The position numbers and the translations under genes are program-made. Of a stretch of DNA of 64,000 nt, positions 37,673 through 48,040 are shown piece by piece; positions within the stretch are counted from its first letter, which is position 1, and each line of letters opens with the position of its first letter. The DNA comes from Gammaproteobacteria bacterium (GTDB lineage: Bacteria; Pseudomonadota; Gammaproteobacteria; UBA4575): assembly GCA_014075255.1 (NCBI GenBank), contig CP046178.1, positions 705,616 to 769,615 of the forward strand, in the 5' to 3' direction. A model generated the notes under the pieces. The model did not search any database and had not been told where the DNA came from. It worked only from the letters and a program-made list of their open reading frames with translations.

Positions 37673-38577
37673 TCCTCATCTACTAGAAGCTTGCGCGCAT
37701 CACTGAGTTTTCCCCGCTCTTCATCTCCTAAATTAGGATATTTAAGCTCTAAGCTTTCTAAAGATTTCTTTACTATTTTTGCAACGGTGTATCGCATGTA
37801 AGGTTTATCATCAGCCGGAATGGCATACCAAGGTGCCCATGGCTTTGATGTTGCATTTAACGCATCTTCGTAAGCGCGCATATACTCATCCCAATGCCCA
37901 CGTTCTCTTAAATCAGACGATGACCACTTCCACTGTTTTTCTTGTGTATCAATTCTACTTATAAAACGGTTCTTTTGTTCTTCTTTTGACACATTAAGCC
38001 AAAATTTCAAAATAATCGTACCGTTTCTAGCCAAATGTTTTTCCATATCTTGTATAGATTCAAAACGCTCTTGCCAAATGTTCTTTTGATCAATCTCATC
38101 CGGGAGATTTTGGAAGTTAAGAATCTCAGGATGAACTCGTACGACCAAGACTTCTTCATAGTAGCTGCGATTAAATATCCCAATTCGACCGCGTTCAGGT
38201 AAGTTTTTATTCGTTCGCCATAGAAAATCATGATCAAGTTCCGAAGCAGAAGGTTTTTTAAATGAGAATACTTGGCAACCTGCAGGATTGATTCCCGACA
38301 TTACGGCACGGATGGTTGAATCCTTACCTGCAGCATCCATTGCTTGGAAAATTAGCAATACTGAATGCTTGTCAAAGGCATATAGTATTTTCTGCAGGTC
38401 TTGTAGATCATTAACTACTTTACCTAATTTTTTTTTATAATCTTTATTATCATCAAAAGATGATGAAGATTTTGTAGAAGCGGAAGCTAAAGAAAAGCTG
38501 CCATCTGACGGCACTAAAAACTCTGATTGAATCGCTTTGAACATATAATCGTAAAAGTAGTAAATGTTAGTAGACAT
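37669..38577 (-). CDS. Polyphosphate kinase 2 (PPK2) family protein
   Basis: 'LIFQAMDAAGKDSTI' Walker A and 'GIFNRSYYEEVLVVRVH' PPK2 motifs. Confidence 0.85.
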   Translation of the reverse strand: MSTNIYYFYDYMFKAIQSEFLVPSDGSFSLASASTKSSSSFDDNKDYKKKLGKVVNDLQDLQKILYAFDKHSVLLIFQAMDAAGKDSTIRAVMSGINPAGCQVFSFKKPSASELDHDFLWRTNKNLPERGRIGIFNRSYYEEVLVVRVHPEILNFQNLPDEIDQKNIWQERFESIQDMEKHLARNGTIILKFWLNVSKEEQKNRFISRIDTQEKQWKWSSSDLRERGHWDEYMRAYEDALNATSKPWAPWYAIPADDKPYMRYTVAKIVKKSLESLELKYPNLGDEERGKLSDARKLLVDED

Positions 38578-38628
38578 AAAAAAGCCCCTTAGTGCTGCAC
38601 TAAGGGGCTTTAATTATACAGCTTTTAA

Positions 38629-40116
38629 TTAAAGCTTTATGCCAAGCTTGGATAATGTTTGCATTGTCAAACCACCGCGCGGCAGTCCATTAGCTCTTTG
38701 GAAAGCATCTACTGCAACCATAGTTTGGTTACCAATCACGCCATCAATCGTGCCTGGATTATGACCTGCCTTTTTTAAAGCACGTTGAATATCAGTAATG
38801 GTTGTACCTGTCATATTGGTTTCACACAATACCGGTCTCCACTGCATGGATTCTTCAGTTACTTTAACTTTCTTTGAAACTACTTGCGTTTTGGCAGGAA
38901 TTTCAATTTTCTTTTCAATGGCTGCAGAAGCTAATTTACGCTTCTTAATGACTTTATATTCAGCTGGCACTTCTACCACTTTAGTAGCGGCAGCTGTTTT
39001 CACTTTCTTCTGTTTAACTGTTTTATATACTGCTGCAATTTCTTTGAGGCACAAACTCGAGCCTGTTGCCTTACCATTACCGCCAGCACTACTACCCTTT
39101 AGGGCCCACATAACTTTTTCATCAGCAGTCTTAACACGCTTAGTTACGGTTTCATAAGTAGCAGGAATTTCGATTTTCTTTTCTTTTGAAGGTGTGACTA
39201 ATTTACGAACCTTCTCTACTTTATACTCAGCGGGAATTTCTACTTTTTTAGTTGAAGATGGGCTTTTGAGTACGCGCTTACTTACTGTGTTGTAAACTGC
39301 AGGAACCTCTACTAAACACATAATTTCGCCAGTACTTCCGTCTAATCTTTCAACCGGGCCTCGCCCTTTCTTCCATTCTGTAGTGGCGGGTTGTACTAAA
39401 ACTTTTTCTGTAACCGTTTCATACATTGCTGGAATTTCAATAAGTTTTGCAGAAGCTTCTTTGACTAAAACCTTCTCTGTAGACCACTCATATTTAGCAG
39501 GAATAATTTCAATTTTCGCGGAGGCTTCAGATTTTAATACTTTCTGGGTTTCTGTTTTATACTGCGAAGGAATGCTATATTCAGCATAACAGCCTCCTAC
39601 TTTCGCATCCGTAAGATTCAAGCCATTTGCAACAGCACCTGACAATGACGATGCATTTGCACGACTTGCTTTAGATCCCGCTCCACGTGTCCATATTTTT
39701 TCAGATGGAGTAACCAATACTTTTTCGCTTACAGACTCATAAGTAGCCGGCACTGGAATTAACTTTTTTGAAGCTTCTTTCACTAAAACTTTTTCTTCTG
39801 CCCATTCATATTTTGCAGGAATAATTTCAATTTTAGATGATGCTTCTTTAACGGTTACAGTTTGTGATTCAGTTTTATATGCTGCAGGAATAATTACTTT
39901 TGCATAACACTCGCCTGCTTTTGCATTGGGTAGAGCAGATGAAGCATCAGTAGTTACGTTCTTAACAGCGGATACGGCAGCGCTTCCAGCTTTTTTCGCC
40001 ATTTCACCCGCTTCTTTCATAGCGTGGTTATCTGCAAAAATCGTATGCGTGCTCGTCAGCATAGCGATAGATGCAACTGTAGTGAAAATTCTCTTAATTT
40101 TCATCGACTTCTCCAA
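38629..40116 (-). CDS. Secreted protein with internal tandem repeats and C-terminal peptidoglycan-binding domain
   Basis: Signal peptide, repeated 'KIEIIPAKYEW..EKVLVKEAS' units and a C-terminal PG_binding_1-like 'DIQRALKKAGHNPGTIDGVIGNQTMVAVDAFQRANGL'. Confidence 0.55.
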   Translation of the reverse strand: MEKSMKIKRIFTTVASIAMLTSTHTIFADNHAMKEAGEMAKKAGSAAVSAVKNVTTDASSALPNAKAGECYAKVIIPAAYKTESQTVTVKEASSKIEIIPAKYEWAEEKVLVKEASKKLIPVPATYESVSEKVLVTPSEKIWTRGAGSKASRANASSLSGAVANGLNLTDAKVGGCYAEYSIPSQYKTETQKVLKSEASAKIEIIPAKYEWSTEKVLVKEASAKLIEIPAMYETVTEKVLVQPATTEWKKGRGPVERLDGSTGEIMCLVEVPAVYNTVSKRVLKSPSSTKKVEIPAEYKVEKVRKLVTPSKEKKIEIPATYETVTKRVKTADEKVMWALKGSSAGGNGKATGSSLCLKEIAAVYKTVKQKKVKTAAATKVVEVPAEYKVIKKRKLASAAIEKKIEIPAKTQVVSKKVKVTEESMQWRPVLCETNMTGTTITDIQRALKKAGHNPGTIDGVIGNQTMVAVDAFQRANGLPRGGLTMQTLSKLGIKL

Positions 40117-40277
40117 TAAAGTTAATTAGATTGATTATGAATAAATAGTCTGATTTATTTAAGTGTATTGCAGACTAAGCTCCTCTAAGATTTTCGCATT
40201 ATACGACAACCGTTTTCGAACCAAAAGTATAACTCACATATGCATATGTACTAATTTGTATGTGAAATTCCTAATAA

Positions 40278-41117
40278 TTATGAACCGCAATATTTTTCTC
40301 TAACTTCTAGAGCCTCTGGCATCCATCCATTAAGTAATCTAATGCGCGTTTCATGACTAGGGTGAGTCGACATAAATTCCGAAGGCTGCCCTTTACTATG
40401 TTCAGCCATCCTTTCCCATATCTTAGGCGCCTCGCGTGGATCAAAACATGCTCTAGCCAAATAAATAAGCCCCATATAGTCTGCTTCTGATTCATGCTTT
40501 CTAGAAAATGGTAGTAATACTCCATACTGAGCCCCCATCCCCAAGGCACCCATAACCATTCTCTGAGTACCCACATCCATAGAGCCAAGAGCCATTCCCG
40601 CCGCCATACTTCCATATTGAACAAGCTTTTGATGCGCCATTCGTTCAGCCCCATGCCTAGCAATAGCATGCGCGATCTCGTGACCCATTACTGCACTAAG
40701 CCCATTTACGTTTTCTACAATCGGAAGTATTCCTGTGTAGACTGCAACTTTACCGCCAGGTAAAGCGAATGCATTTGCTTGGCCTTCATCAATGACATTA
40801 AATTCCCATTCAAATCCTGGATCCTCATCAATTACTTTCGCAAGGCGGTAACCAATCTCACGCACAAGATCTACAGCTTGTCCGGATCGTAAGACATTCG
40901 CTTGCGACAATAATTGTTGATAGCTCTGCAAACCTAATGCCATTTCTTGTTGTTGAGAAATATCTATAAGCTGCGAACGTCCCGTCATAGCAACTTCTTC
41001 TTGATTGCTAAAATAGTAATACGCTAGATACAAACCAAATAAAACAATCGGCAGTAAACGCAGAGCGCCGCCTCGACGGCTACCACCACGTCCATACCGA
41101 TATGCGCTTCTTCTCAT
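40278..41117 (-). CDS. M48-family metallopeptidase
   Basis: 'HEIAHAIARH' HExxH plus a downstream 'ESEADYMG', with an N-terminal TM helix. Confidence 0.75.
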   Translation of the reverse strand: MRRSAYRYGRGGSRRGGALRLLPIVLFGLYLAYYYFSNQEEVAMTGRSQLIDISQQQEMALGLQSYQQLLSQANVLRSGQAVDLVREIGYRLAKVIDEDPGFEWEFNVIDEGQANAFALPGGKVAVYTGILPIVENVNGLSAVMGHEIAHAIARHGAERMAHQKLVQYGSMAAGMALGSMDVGTQRMVMGALGMGAQYGVLLPFSRKHESEADYMGLIYLARACFDPREAPKIWERMAEHSKGQPSEFMSTHPSHETRIRLLNGWMPEALEVREKYCGS

Positions 41118-41150
41118 ATGGAGATTATTATAGTTCGTGTAAATAAATGT

Positions 41151-41720
41151 TTATTGAACTAACGCTTTTGCACCTATTCGTAAAACATCATCCATAATTG
41201 AGCCATCACCGCCGACATCTAAAAATCCACTGAGCAGATCCATCATTCCGCTATTTGGCCGTGCGGCCTGTTGTGGGCGAAGTAAACCATCCGATGATGC
41301 GCGTTTATTCATAGCGCCCATCACAACCGTTGCAATCACTGGCAATAATTTTTTAATTAACGCTGAATCAATTCCTGTATTAGAGGCTGCGTGCCCCGCG
41401 AGACTTCGACTAGCGTCTTTATTTCCTAAGATATGCCCTAAAATTCCGTTACCATCTAAAAGTGTATTTTTGTTGCTCAATGAGTCAGGTTGATCATAGT
41501 ATCGATCATGCCTGCCAGAGGTTAGTGCTCCCATTAATCCATCAAGCCCATTTTGTGTCGCTGCACCATTTTTTATTCCACCGGCAAGTACAGGCAAAAC
41601 CTGACCCAATAATTGTTGCATTTGGTTAGGTTTTAATCCCGACATGGAGGTTAAAGTATCCAGAGGGCCACCTTTTTGTGATTGCAAAAGCATTTCGAGT
41701 ACATTCATAAATTCACCCAC
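41151..41720 (-). CDS. DUF937-like protein
   Basis: Gly/Leu-rich 'LLGQVLPVLAGGIKNG...LDGLMGAL' pattern typical of DUF937/YidB. Confidence 0.4.
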   Translation of the reverse strand: MGEFMNVLEMLLQSQKGGPLDTLTSMSGLKPNQMQQLLGQVLPVLAGGIKNGAATQNGLDGLMGALTSGRHDRYYDQPDSLSNKNTLLDGNGILGHILGNKDASRSLAGHAASNTGIDSALIKKLLPVIATVVMGAMNKRASSDGLLRPQQAARPNSGMMDLLSGFLDVGGDGSIMDDVLRIGAKALVQ

Positions 41721-41792
41721 ATATTTTTAATGTCACACTTGTCTAAGACATCTTGTTTATATCAATAATATTTAAGTATTACACATATAAGA

Positions 41793-42977
41793 TTATGAAT
41801 TTTTGTAAATTTTTAAAACATGTTTTGCTATCATCAGTGCTTCATTGGTGGGGATTACAGAGATTTCCACAGAACTTTCCGGGTTACTTATTGTAGCTTG
41901 GCCACGCTCATTAGCCTGTTGATCCAGTGCTATCCCAAGCCATTTAGCTAACATACATATTTTTTCACGAATAACTGGCGAGTTTTCTCCAATCCCTGCT
42001 GTAAATACAATTTGATCTACACCACCCAACTCAGCTACTAAGGCTCCGATGTGTCGATTCACCTGATAACAAAATAATTCAACTGCTTGCACAGATGCGT
42101 GAAGACTAGAAGCTAGTAATGTACGCATGTTGTTACTTTCATTTGACACTCCTCGCAAGCCAGATTCTTTATAAAGTAAATCTGAAATATCTTCAGCGCT
42201 CATTGAATAATGACTCATTAAATGTAATACAACTCCAGGATCTAGGTCACCACAGCGCGTACCCATTACTAAACCATCCAATGGTGTAAAACTCATTGTC
42301 GTAGCGATAGATTTTTTATTTGCAACCGCACACAAACTGGCGCCATTGCCTAAATGAGCAATAATAATTTTCTTGCCGTCGATGATTTGCTGCTTATTAA
42401 TACGTTCGACAATATATTCATATGACAAGCCGTGAAAGCCATACCGCCTAATTCCATCGTCATAATATTGTTTTGGCAACGCAAAACGTTTTGCCACACC
42501 TGGCATAGATTGATGGAATGCCGTGTCAAAACAAGCAATTTGCAGTAAATCAGGATATAAATTTTTAACAATTTCTACTGGTGCTAAATTATGCTGCTGA
42601 TGCAAGGGTGCTAGTGGCTGATAACTATGCAGATCTTCATTAACCTCATCGGTAATTAATACTGGCTTAGAATATTTCGGTCCGCCATGAACAATTCTAT
42701 GCCCTACTGCCACCAGTTTTATATTAACTTGCTGTGACAACCAATCAAGAAAAAATTCAATCGCAACTTTATGGTTTGGTAGATCGACGGTAATTTCGGA
42801 CAGCTTTTTATCAATCAACAAATTATTATTTGCATCATAAATATTAATTTGTGCCTCTTCATGAAAAAGCCTAACTGCACGAGCATTGATTATGCGAGTT
42901 AATTTATTTTTTTCTCTATCGAAGACTGAAAGTTTAACGCTAGAGGAACCAGCGTTAATAACTAGAACATTTTCCAT
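41793..42977 (-). CDS. ackA: Acetate/propionate kinase family protein
   Basis: 'VLVINAGSSSVKLSVF' start and ASKHA fold motifs. It lies downstream of the PTA_PTB gene. Confidence 0.75.
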   Translation of the reverse strand: MENVLVINAGSSSVKLSVFDREKNKLTRIINARAVRLFHEEAQINIYDANNNLLIDKKLSEITVDLPNHKVAIEFFLDWLSQQVNIKLVAVGHRIVHGGPKYSKPVLITDEVNEDLHSYQPLAPLHQQHNLAPVEIVKNLYPDLLQIACFDTAFHQSMPGVAKRFALPKQYYDDGIRRYGFHGLSYEYIVERINKQQIIDGKKIIIAHLGNGASLCAVANKKSIATTMSFTPLDGLVMGTRCGDLDPGVVLHLMSHYSMSAEDISDLLYKESGLRGVSNESNNMRTLLASSLHASVQAVELFCYQVNRHIGALVAELGGVDQIVFTAGIGENSPVIREKICMLAKWLGIALDQQANERGQATISNPESSVEISVIPTNEALMIAKHVLKIYKNS

Positions 42978-42985
42978 CCTTTATC

Positions 42986-43909
42986 TTACAACTTTGAATT
43001 ATGAACCATTATCACTGCGAGTGCGCATGCAGCCAATCGACTCACTGCATCATCCGCACGACTAGGAAGCACCACGGGAACTTTTGCGCCTAATACAATT
43101 CCTGCTCCTTCTGCGTTAGCTAAGTATTCAAGCTGTTTGGCTAGCATATTACCGGCCTCGATATCTGGTACGACCAATACTTCAGCTTTACCCGCAACAT
43201 CAGACTTTATACCTTTAATCTTTACCGACTCTTCAGAGACAGCATTATCAAATGCTAATGGCCCATCTAATAAGCCACCTTTTATTTGACCACGATCAGC
43301 CATTTTGCATAAGGCTGCAGCATGCAAAGTGGATTCTATTTTAGAAGTGACCGTTTCTACCGCTGATAAAATTGCAACACGAGGAACTTTTATATCGAGC
43401 AAAATTGCTAGATCGATCACATTGCGAATAATGTCAGCCTTGGTTTCTAAATCAGGTTCTATATTTATGGCAGCATCGGTAATAAAAAGTGGTCTTGGAT
43501 AAGTCGGCACATCAAATGCAAATACATGACTCATTCTGCGACCTGTGCGTAATCCTCCTTCTCGACTCACTACAGCTCCCATAAGTTCATCGGTATGAAT
43601 TTTACCTTTCATAATTGCAGATACGGAACATCCTTTTGCCATATCAACAGCAATCTTTGCAGAGTCATGACTATGTTCTGTGGCAACTAACTCGTATGCA
43701 CTAATATCCAACTTTGCTTCTGTAGCAGCTTTTTTAATACGCTGTTCAGGACCTATAAGAATTGGGTTTATTAAGCCTTCTTTTGCAGCTTCGACTGCAC
43801 CTAACAATGAAGTTTTACCGACTGGATGAACCACTGCAGTATTTAAAGCGGGCATTTTGGACACTGCTTTAAGTAATCGTTCTAAGTGTGGCCGTGCTGG
43901 AGTTTGCAT
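42986..43909 (-). CDS. Phosphate acetyl/butyryl-transferase (short-form PTA_PTB)
   Basis: 307 aa with a PTA_PTB domain only ('VLVVPDIEAGNMLAK'). Confidence 0.75.
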   Translation of the reverse strand: MQTPARPHLERLLKAVSKMPALNTAVVHPVGKTSLLGAVEAAKEGLINPILIGPEQRIKKAATEAKLDISAYELVATEHSHDSAKIAVDMAKGCSVSAIMKGKIHTDELMGAVVSREGGLRTGRRMSHVFAFDVPTYPRPLFITDAAINIEPDLETKADIIRNVIDLAILLDIKVPRVAILSAVETVTSKIESTLHAAALCKMADRGQIKGGLLDGPLAFDNAVSEESVKIKGIKSDVAGKAEVLVVPDIEAGNMLAKQLEYLANAEGAGIVLGAKVPVVLPSRADDAVSRLAACALAVIMVHNSKL

Positions 43910-44047
43910 AATATTTAACCTGAAATTTAAGGCGAATTAAGAAAGTTATCGAAAAGATGAAATATTCAAGCAGATTACAATTATTTAACAACTAAGGTAA
44001 GCTTGAAATTCTCAAATACGAATACAAATAATATCAGGAGAGCACCA

Positions 44048-44248
44048 ATGAGCGTTGCAAAAATTTCAGAAATTAGTTCTTCATCCACCAAAAGCTATGA
44101 AGATGCTATAGAAACAGGCATTGCCCGCGCTAATAAAACCCTAAACGGCATTAAAAGCGCGTGGGTTAAGGATCATCAAGTATCGGTAAAAGGTGGCAAA
44201 GTCACAGAACATAGAGTCGTGCTTAAGATCACCTTTGTTCTTGATTAA
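44048..44248 (+). CDS. Dodecin-family flavin-binding protein
   Basis: 'VAKISEISSSSTKSYEDAIETGIARANKTLNGIKSAWVKDHQV...KITFVLD' matches the dodecin pattern. RBS AGGAGAG lies before the ATG at 44048. Confidence 0.6.
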   Translation: MSVAKISEISSSSTKSYEDAIETGIARANKTLNGIKSAWVKDHQVSVKGGKVTEHRVVLKITFVLD

Positions 44249-44311
44249 CTTAATACTTGGCTGTAGACATGAAAATCTACAGCCAAGCATTAAAGAGGCG
44301 AGGGAATTTTT

Positions 44312-44554
44312 ATGAAAAGCGTTATTGTTGTAATTCTTGGTTTACTTTCTCTTATATATATCATGAATCCTACTGCCGGATTCATTGAAATCATTCCTGA
44401 CAACTTCCCTATAATTGGAAATCTAGATGAAGCAGCTGCTACTGCATTATTATTAAGTTGCTTGAGCTATTTCGGTATCGATCTGTTCAATCTTTTCAGA
44501 AAAGACAAGAAAAAAAACAGCGTGATCGAAAACGAAGAAATCACTAAGCAGTAG
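44312..44554 (+). CDS. DUF1232/YkvA-family membrane protein
   Basis: 'IIPDNFPIIGNLDEAAATALLL' motif. Confidence 0.6.
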   Translation: MKSVIVVILGLLSLIYIMNPTAGFIEIIPDNFPIIGNLDEAAATALLLSCLSYFGIDLFNLFRKDKKKNSVIENEEITKQ

Positions 44555-44656
44555 AATCTCCATTTGCTTCTTTTACGCTACGGCATGATTGTAGCGACTA
44601 TCACAAAAAGAAGTGTTTAATAATACTGAAGATTAATTAAGCTCAGCTAAGAACTA

Positions 44657-45103
44657 CTACCCTTCATTACGTTGAATTTCATTGAATCGTTTATCGATCC
44701 ATTGTTTTAATCTTTGAATACGCTGCTCAGTCGCCCCTCTACCATCAGTATCACTTAAGTTTTCACGTATATGTAGTATGAGTTCTTCATATTTTCCAGA
44801 TTGTTCTCGATAATATTCAACATTGGCTTTACATTTTTGAAGCTCTTTCTTAAGTGAAGCGAAAGTCATTTCACCATGTTGTTTGGCAGCGCCATTTTCA
44901 AACGACTGCTCTTTTATCTTCTCTACCAAAGAAAGCATATCTGCCTGCTCTGCTTGAACCTGGGGGTAACAATCTATTAGATCATCAATATGAATTTTGC
45001 CGCGCGTAGACGCAAGTTGATTGTTGTTGATTTTTTCTTGAATTTCTTTTGCTTGAACCTTTGCTAGCGATGCAGCTTTAGAAACTGAAATAAATTGCGA
45101 CAT
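44657..45103 (-). CDS. Hypothetical coiled-coil protein
   Basis: 148-aa ORF with no recognised domain. Confidence 0.3.
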   Translation of the reverse strand: MSQFISVSKAASLAKVQAKEIQEKINNNQLASTRGKIHIDDLIDCYPQVQAEQADMLSLVEKIKEQSFENGAAKQHGEMTFASLKKELQKCKANVEYYREQSGKYEELILHIRENLSDTDGRGATEQRIQRLKQWIDKRFNEIQRNEG

Positions 45104-45143
45104 TAAAAGTTATGCCTTACTTAATGTGCTTACCAAAGTATTA

Positions 45144-46262
45144 TTATCGAATAGGCGTGTAACCGCCGGCAATTCCCTCTTTACTGAGAACAAATTGCCA
45201 GAGCTGCAGGTTTCTTGCGCGAAATGCGCCTGCACAGCATAGCAAGTAATACTTCCACATTTTATAATGTTGCTCGTCATATTTTTTACTTAAATGCTTC
45301 CAGCCATTCTCAAAATTATCGAACCACGCCATTAATGTTTTATCGTAATCAGGACCAAAACTATGATAGTCCTCTATGATAAATTCATCATCAATTGCCA
45401 TAGTAATATCTTTCATAGAGGGAAGCACGCCATTAGGAAATATATATTTATTAAACCAAGGGTCTGGACTATGACGCGTAAAATTCGAACCAATTGTGTG
45501 CAATAGAAAAAGCCCATCATCCTTTAAACAACGTGAAGCTACTTTCATATAGGCTTTATGATTTTTCGGGCCTACATGCTCAAACATTCCAAGTGAAACC
45601 ACATGATCAAACTTTTCGTTTAGTTCACGATAGTCTTGCACACGCACATCAACAGATAATCCAGCACAATCATTCTTGGCATATTCAGCTTGTTCTTTTG
45701 ACACCGTGACACCAACTGCATGCGCACCATATCGCTCTGCAGCAAACTTTATAAAGCTCCCCCAACCACAACCAATATCTAATACACGTTGGTTTTCTTG
45801 TAAACCAATTTTACGACAAACAAGATCTAATTTATTTTCTTGAGCCTGATCAAGATTTGCCGCATCTTTCCAATAACCGCAAGTGTAGGTAAGGCGCTTA
45901 TCAAGCATACACTCGAAAAGATCATTCCCCATATCATAATGTTGCTCGCCAACACGAAAGGCACGACGAATATTTTGCAGATTAAAAAACTTTGCTTGTA
46001 AAACAGCCCATATATAAGAACGGCCCTTAACTCTTCGTTCTAAATCAGTACTTAAAAGTTTATCGAAAAATTGATCAAGAGTAGCGACATCCCACCACCC
46101 TTCCATATAAGATTCTCCTAAACCCAAAGAGCCTTGCGCCAATATGCGTTGAAAAAATCTACCGTCATGAACTTGTATGTCCCAAGACCTATCACCACCG
46201 ATGTGAACATCAACATCGGCTAATAGTTTATTTACGCGCACCTCGAACTTATCCAAACCCAT
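45144..46262 (-). CDS. cfa: Cyclopropane-fatty-acyl-phospholipid synthase
   Basis: 'VLDIGCGWGSF' SAM motif, CFA synthase-specific N- and C-terminal regions, and 372 aa. Confidence 0.85.
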   Translation of the reverse strand: MGLDKFEVRVNKLLADVDVHIGGDRSWDIQVHDGRFFQRILAQGSLGLGESYMEGWWDVATLDQFFDKLLSTDLERRVKGRSYIWAVLQAKFFNLQNIRRAFRVGEQHYDMGNDLFECMLDKRLTYTCGYWKDAANLDQAQENKLDLVCRKIGLQENQRVLDIGCGWGSFIKFAAERYGAHAVGVTVSKEQAEYAKNDCAGLSVDVRVQDYRELNEKFDHVVSLGMFEHVGPKNHKAYMKVASRCLKDDGLFLLHTIGSNFTRHSPDPWFNKYIFPNGVLPSMKDITMAIDDEFIIEDYHSFGPDYDKTLMAWFDNFENGWKHLSKKYDEQHYKMWKYYLLCCAGAFRARNLQLWQFVLSKEGIAGGYTPIR

Positions 46263-46588
46263 ATTCCCACTATAAATTTGTAGTTATTTAACAGAGAAAC
46301 TTACTTTTTATTTTTGATGCTTCCGCATACAATTGAAATATAATAAAAATAAAAACCCATAACAAGAAAAGATAAGCCCATGTTGCTATCTATCAATCTA
46401 ATATTTGCATTTTTAGTGCTGTTGATTGGTGTTTTGATGCTTTTAATCAGACATTAAATCAAGATTCAGATAAATTTAGTTGTCTGTTATATGCAATTTT
46501 TAATGAGAACAATTGTGTACAGCTGACACAGCAGTTGTTGTGGCTAAAACAACAATAGAAAAAGGGTTTTAAGGCTAAGGATAATATT

Positions 46589-47134
46589 TTAGCTGCAGAG
46601 GAATCTGATACAAGCATCATCATCACGATCAATCGGTGCACCTAAACTTAATACACCGTCTCCGTATAAATATGCTTTTTGCCCTTGAATACGAATTTTG
46701 CCTAGATCATCCGCCTCAATGAAGGTGCCATTGAGACTATTATCTTGTAGAACAAATTCGCCATTCTCATAGCTGATAATTGCATGATGTTTAGAAACAA
46801 AACTATTTACGACACGCAAATCGCATTGATGTGAACGCCCTAAAGTAAATTGCTTTAAACGAGTATCAAAATAGTAGCGCTGCCCGGCAAATTTCAGGTT
46901 AAGCGTGCTGGTATTACGAATAGGCTGATTTTCTTGCCAAATGAGTTTCAAATTAATTTTTCGGCGATCGGATATGCGCCGTCTATCCTTGCGCACAATA
47001 TTAAAATCGCTATCTAATAGCGGAAACTGTATAGACGTCGCATCGACACGACGATCTCTCTCACGATGAACGTATACCTTTGACTCTGCTTGTACGCTTT
47101 CCATTGAACTATTACTTTGCATTCTCAATCTCAA
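46589..47134 (-). CDS. FHA domain-containing protein
   Basis: The C-terminal 'FTLGRSHQCDLRVVNSFVSKHHAIISYENGEFVLQDNSLNGTFI' is a canonical FHA domain. Confidence 0.65.
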   Translation of the reverse strand: MRLRMQSNSSMESVQAESKVYVHRERDRRVDATSIQFPLLDSDFNIVRKDRRRISDRRKINLKLIWQENQPIRNTSTLNLKFAGQRYYFDTRLKQFTLGRSHQCDLRVVNSFVSKHHAIISYENGEFVLQDNSLNGTFIEADDLGKIRIQGQKAYLYGDGVLSLGAPIDRDDDACIRFLCS

Positions 47135-47257
47135 TCACATTAGTATAAGCATGGAATAGCGTCTAAAAAGTGAACTAGATCAACCTGCCCAGCAAATTAT
47201 TTCGAAATAAAAAACTATATATTCCCTATATTATTCATGGATTTAGGATAATTATAT

Positions 47258-47575
47258 CTAGTGATTTGCAGACTGCTCTGCCCGATATTTGTGAGTAAAA
47301 CCAAACCCAATGCCTTCATTTGATAGATGCACCACAACTGCCCACACGCGGATCAGTTTAATTGCGTTGGCTTCAGAGACTGAAAACACGAGTTGCACTC
47401 TTCTACCCACGTAAGCATGTTCTGGCACAGAATCTAGAAATGCACCTCGAGTACTCAAATTTGTTGGGCGGCAACGCGTTAAATTCAATTGCGGGCAATA
47501 TAAACGCAAATTTGTAGGAGAGGTTTTACGCCTTGCTATGCGTCTCTCATCCTTAGTAGCAGCACTTTGGTTCAT
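47258..47575 (-). CDS. PilZ-domain-like small protein
   Basis: 'RRIARRK' and 'TNLSTRGAFLD' resemble the PilZ RxxxR and D/NxSxxG c-di-GMP-binding motifs. Confidence 0.45.
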   Translation of the reverse strand: MNQSAATKDERRIARRKTSPTNLRLYCPQLNLTRCRPTNLSTRGAFLDSVPEHAYVGRRVQLVFSVSEANAIKLIRVWAVVVHLSNEGIGFGFTHKYRAEQSANH

Positions 47576-48040
47576 CGATCCCTCTTTGAGTTAATTATTA
47601 TTATTGTAGTTGGATAGTAGTAAAGGTATATAACTTACTAAAATATAATAAACCCTTGTTTAACAAGGTCTTATACTGTTAATTAAAAACAGTCTAGCGC
47701 AACTTGAAGCGGGTTTATAGTTCAATTTGTTAATAAATCAGGCTCATATTGACAGAAATTAATATCCTCAACTCTCTAAAATTAAGCTTAAAGCCTCAAT
47801 AATTAGAAATATATTGAGGCTAAATCATTAGCTTTGGACAATGAATATTTGCAAATCGAGCGATCTAGCAATAATAGACTTGGTAAGTGTAACGTTTTTA
47901 CTTACAATATCGCCGTTCTGTCATAACACTAGATAAGTTATTATCTAGTGCATCCACCTGGGAAGTTGGGTGGTACGTGACAAACACAAAAATTAATCAA
48001 TCGTACGATTATCAATTAAAATAACTTCGGAGTTATAATT

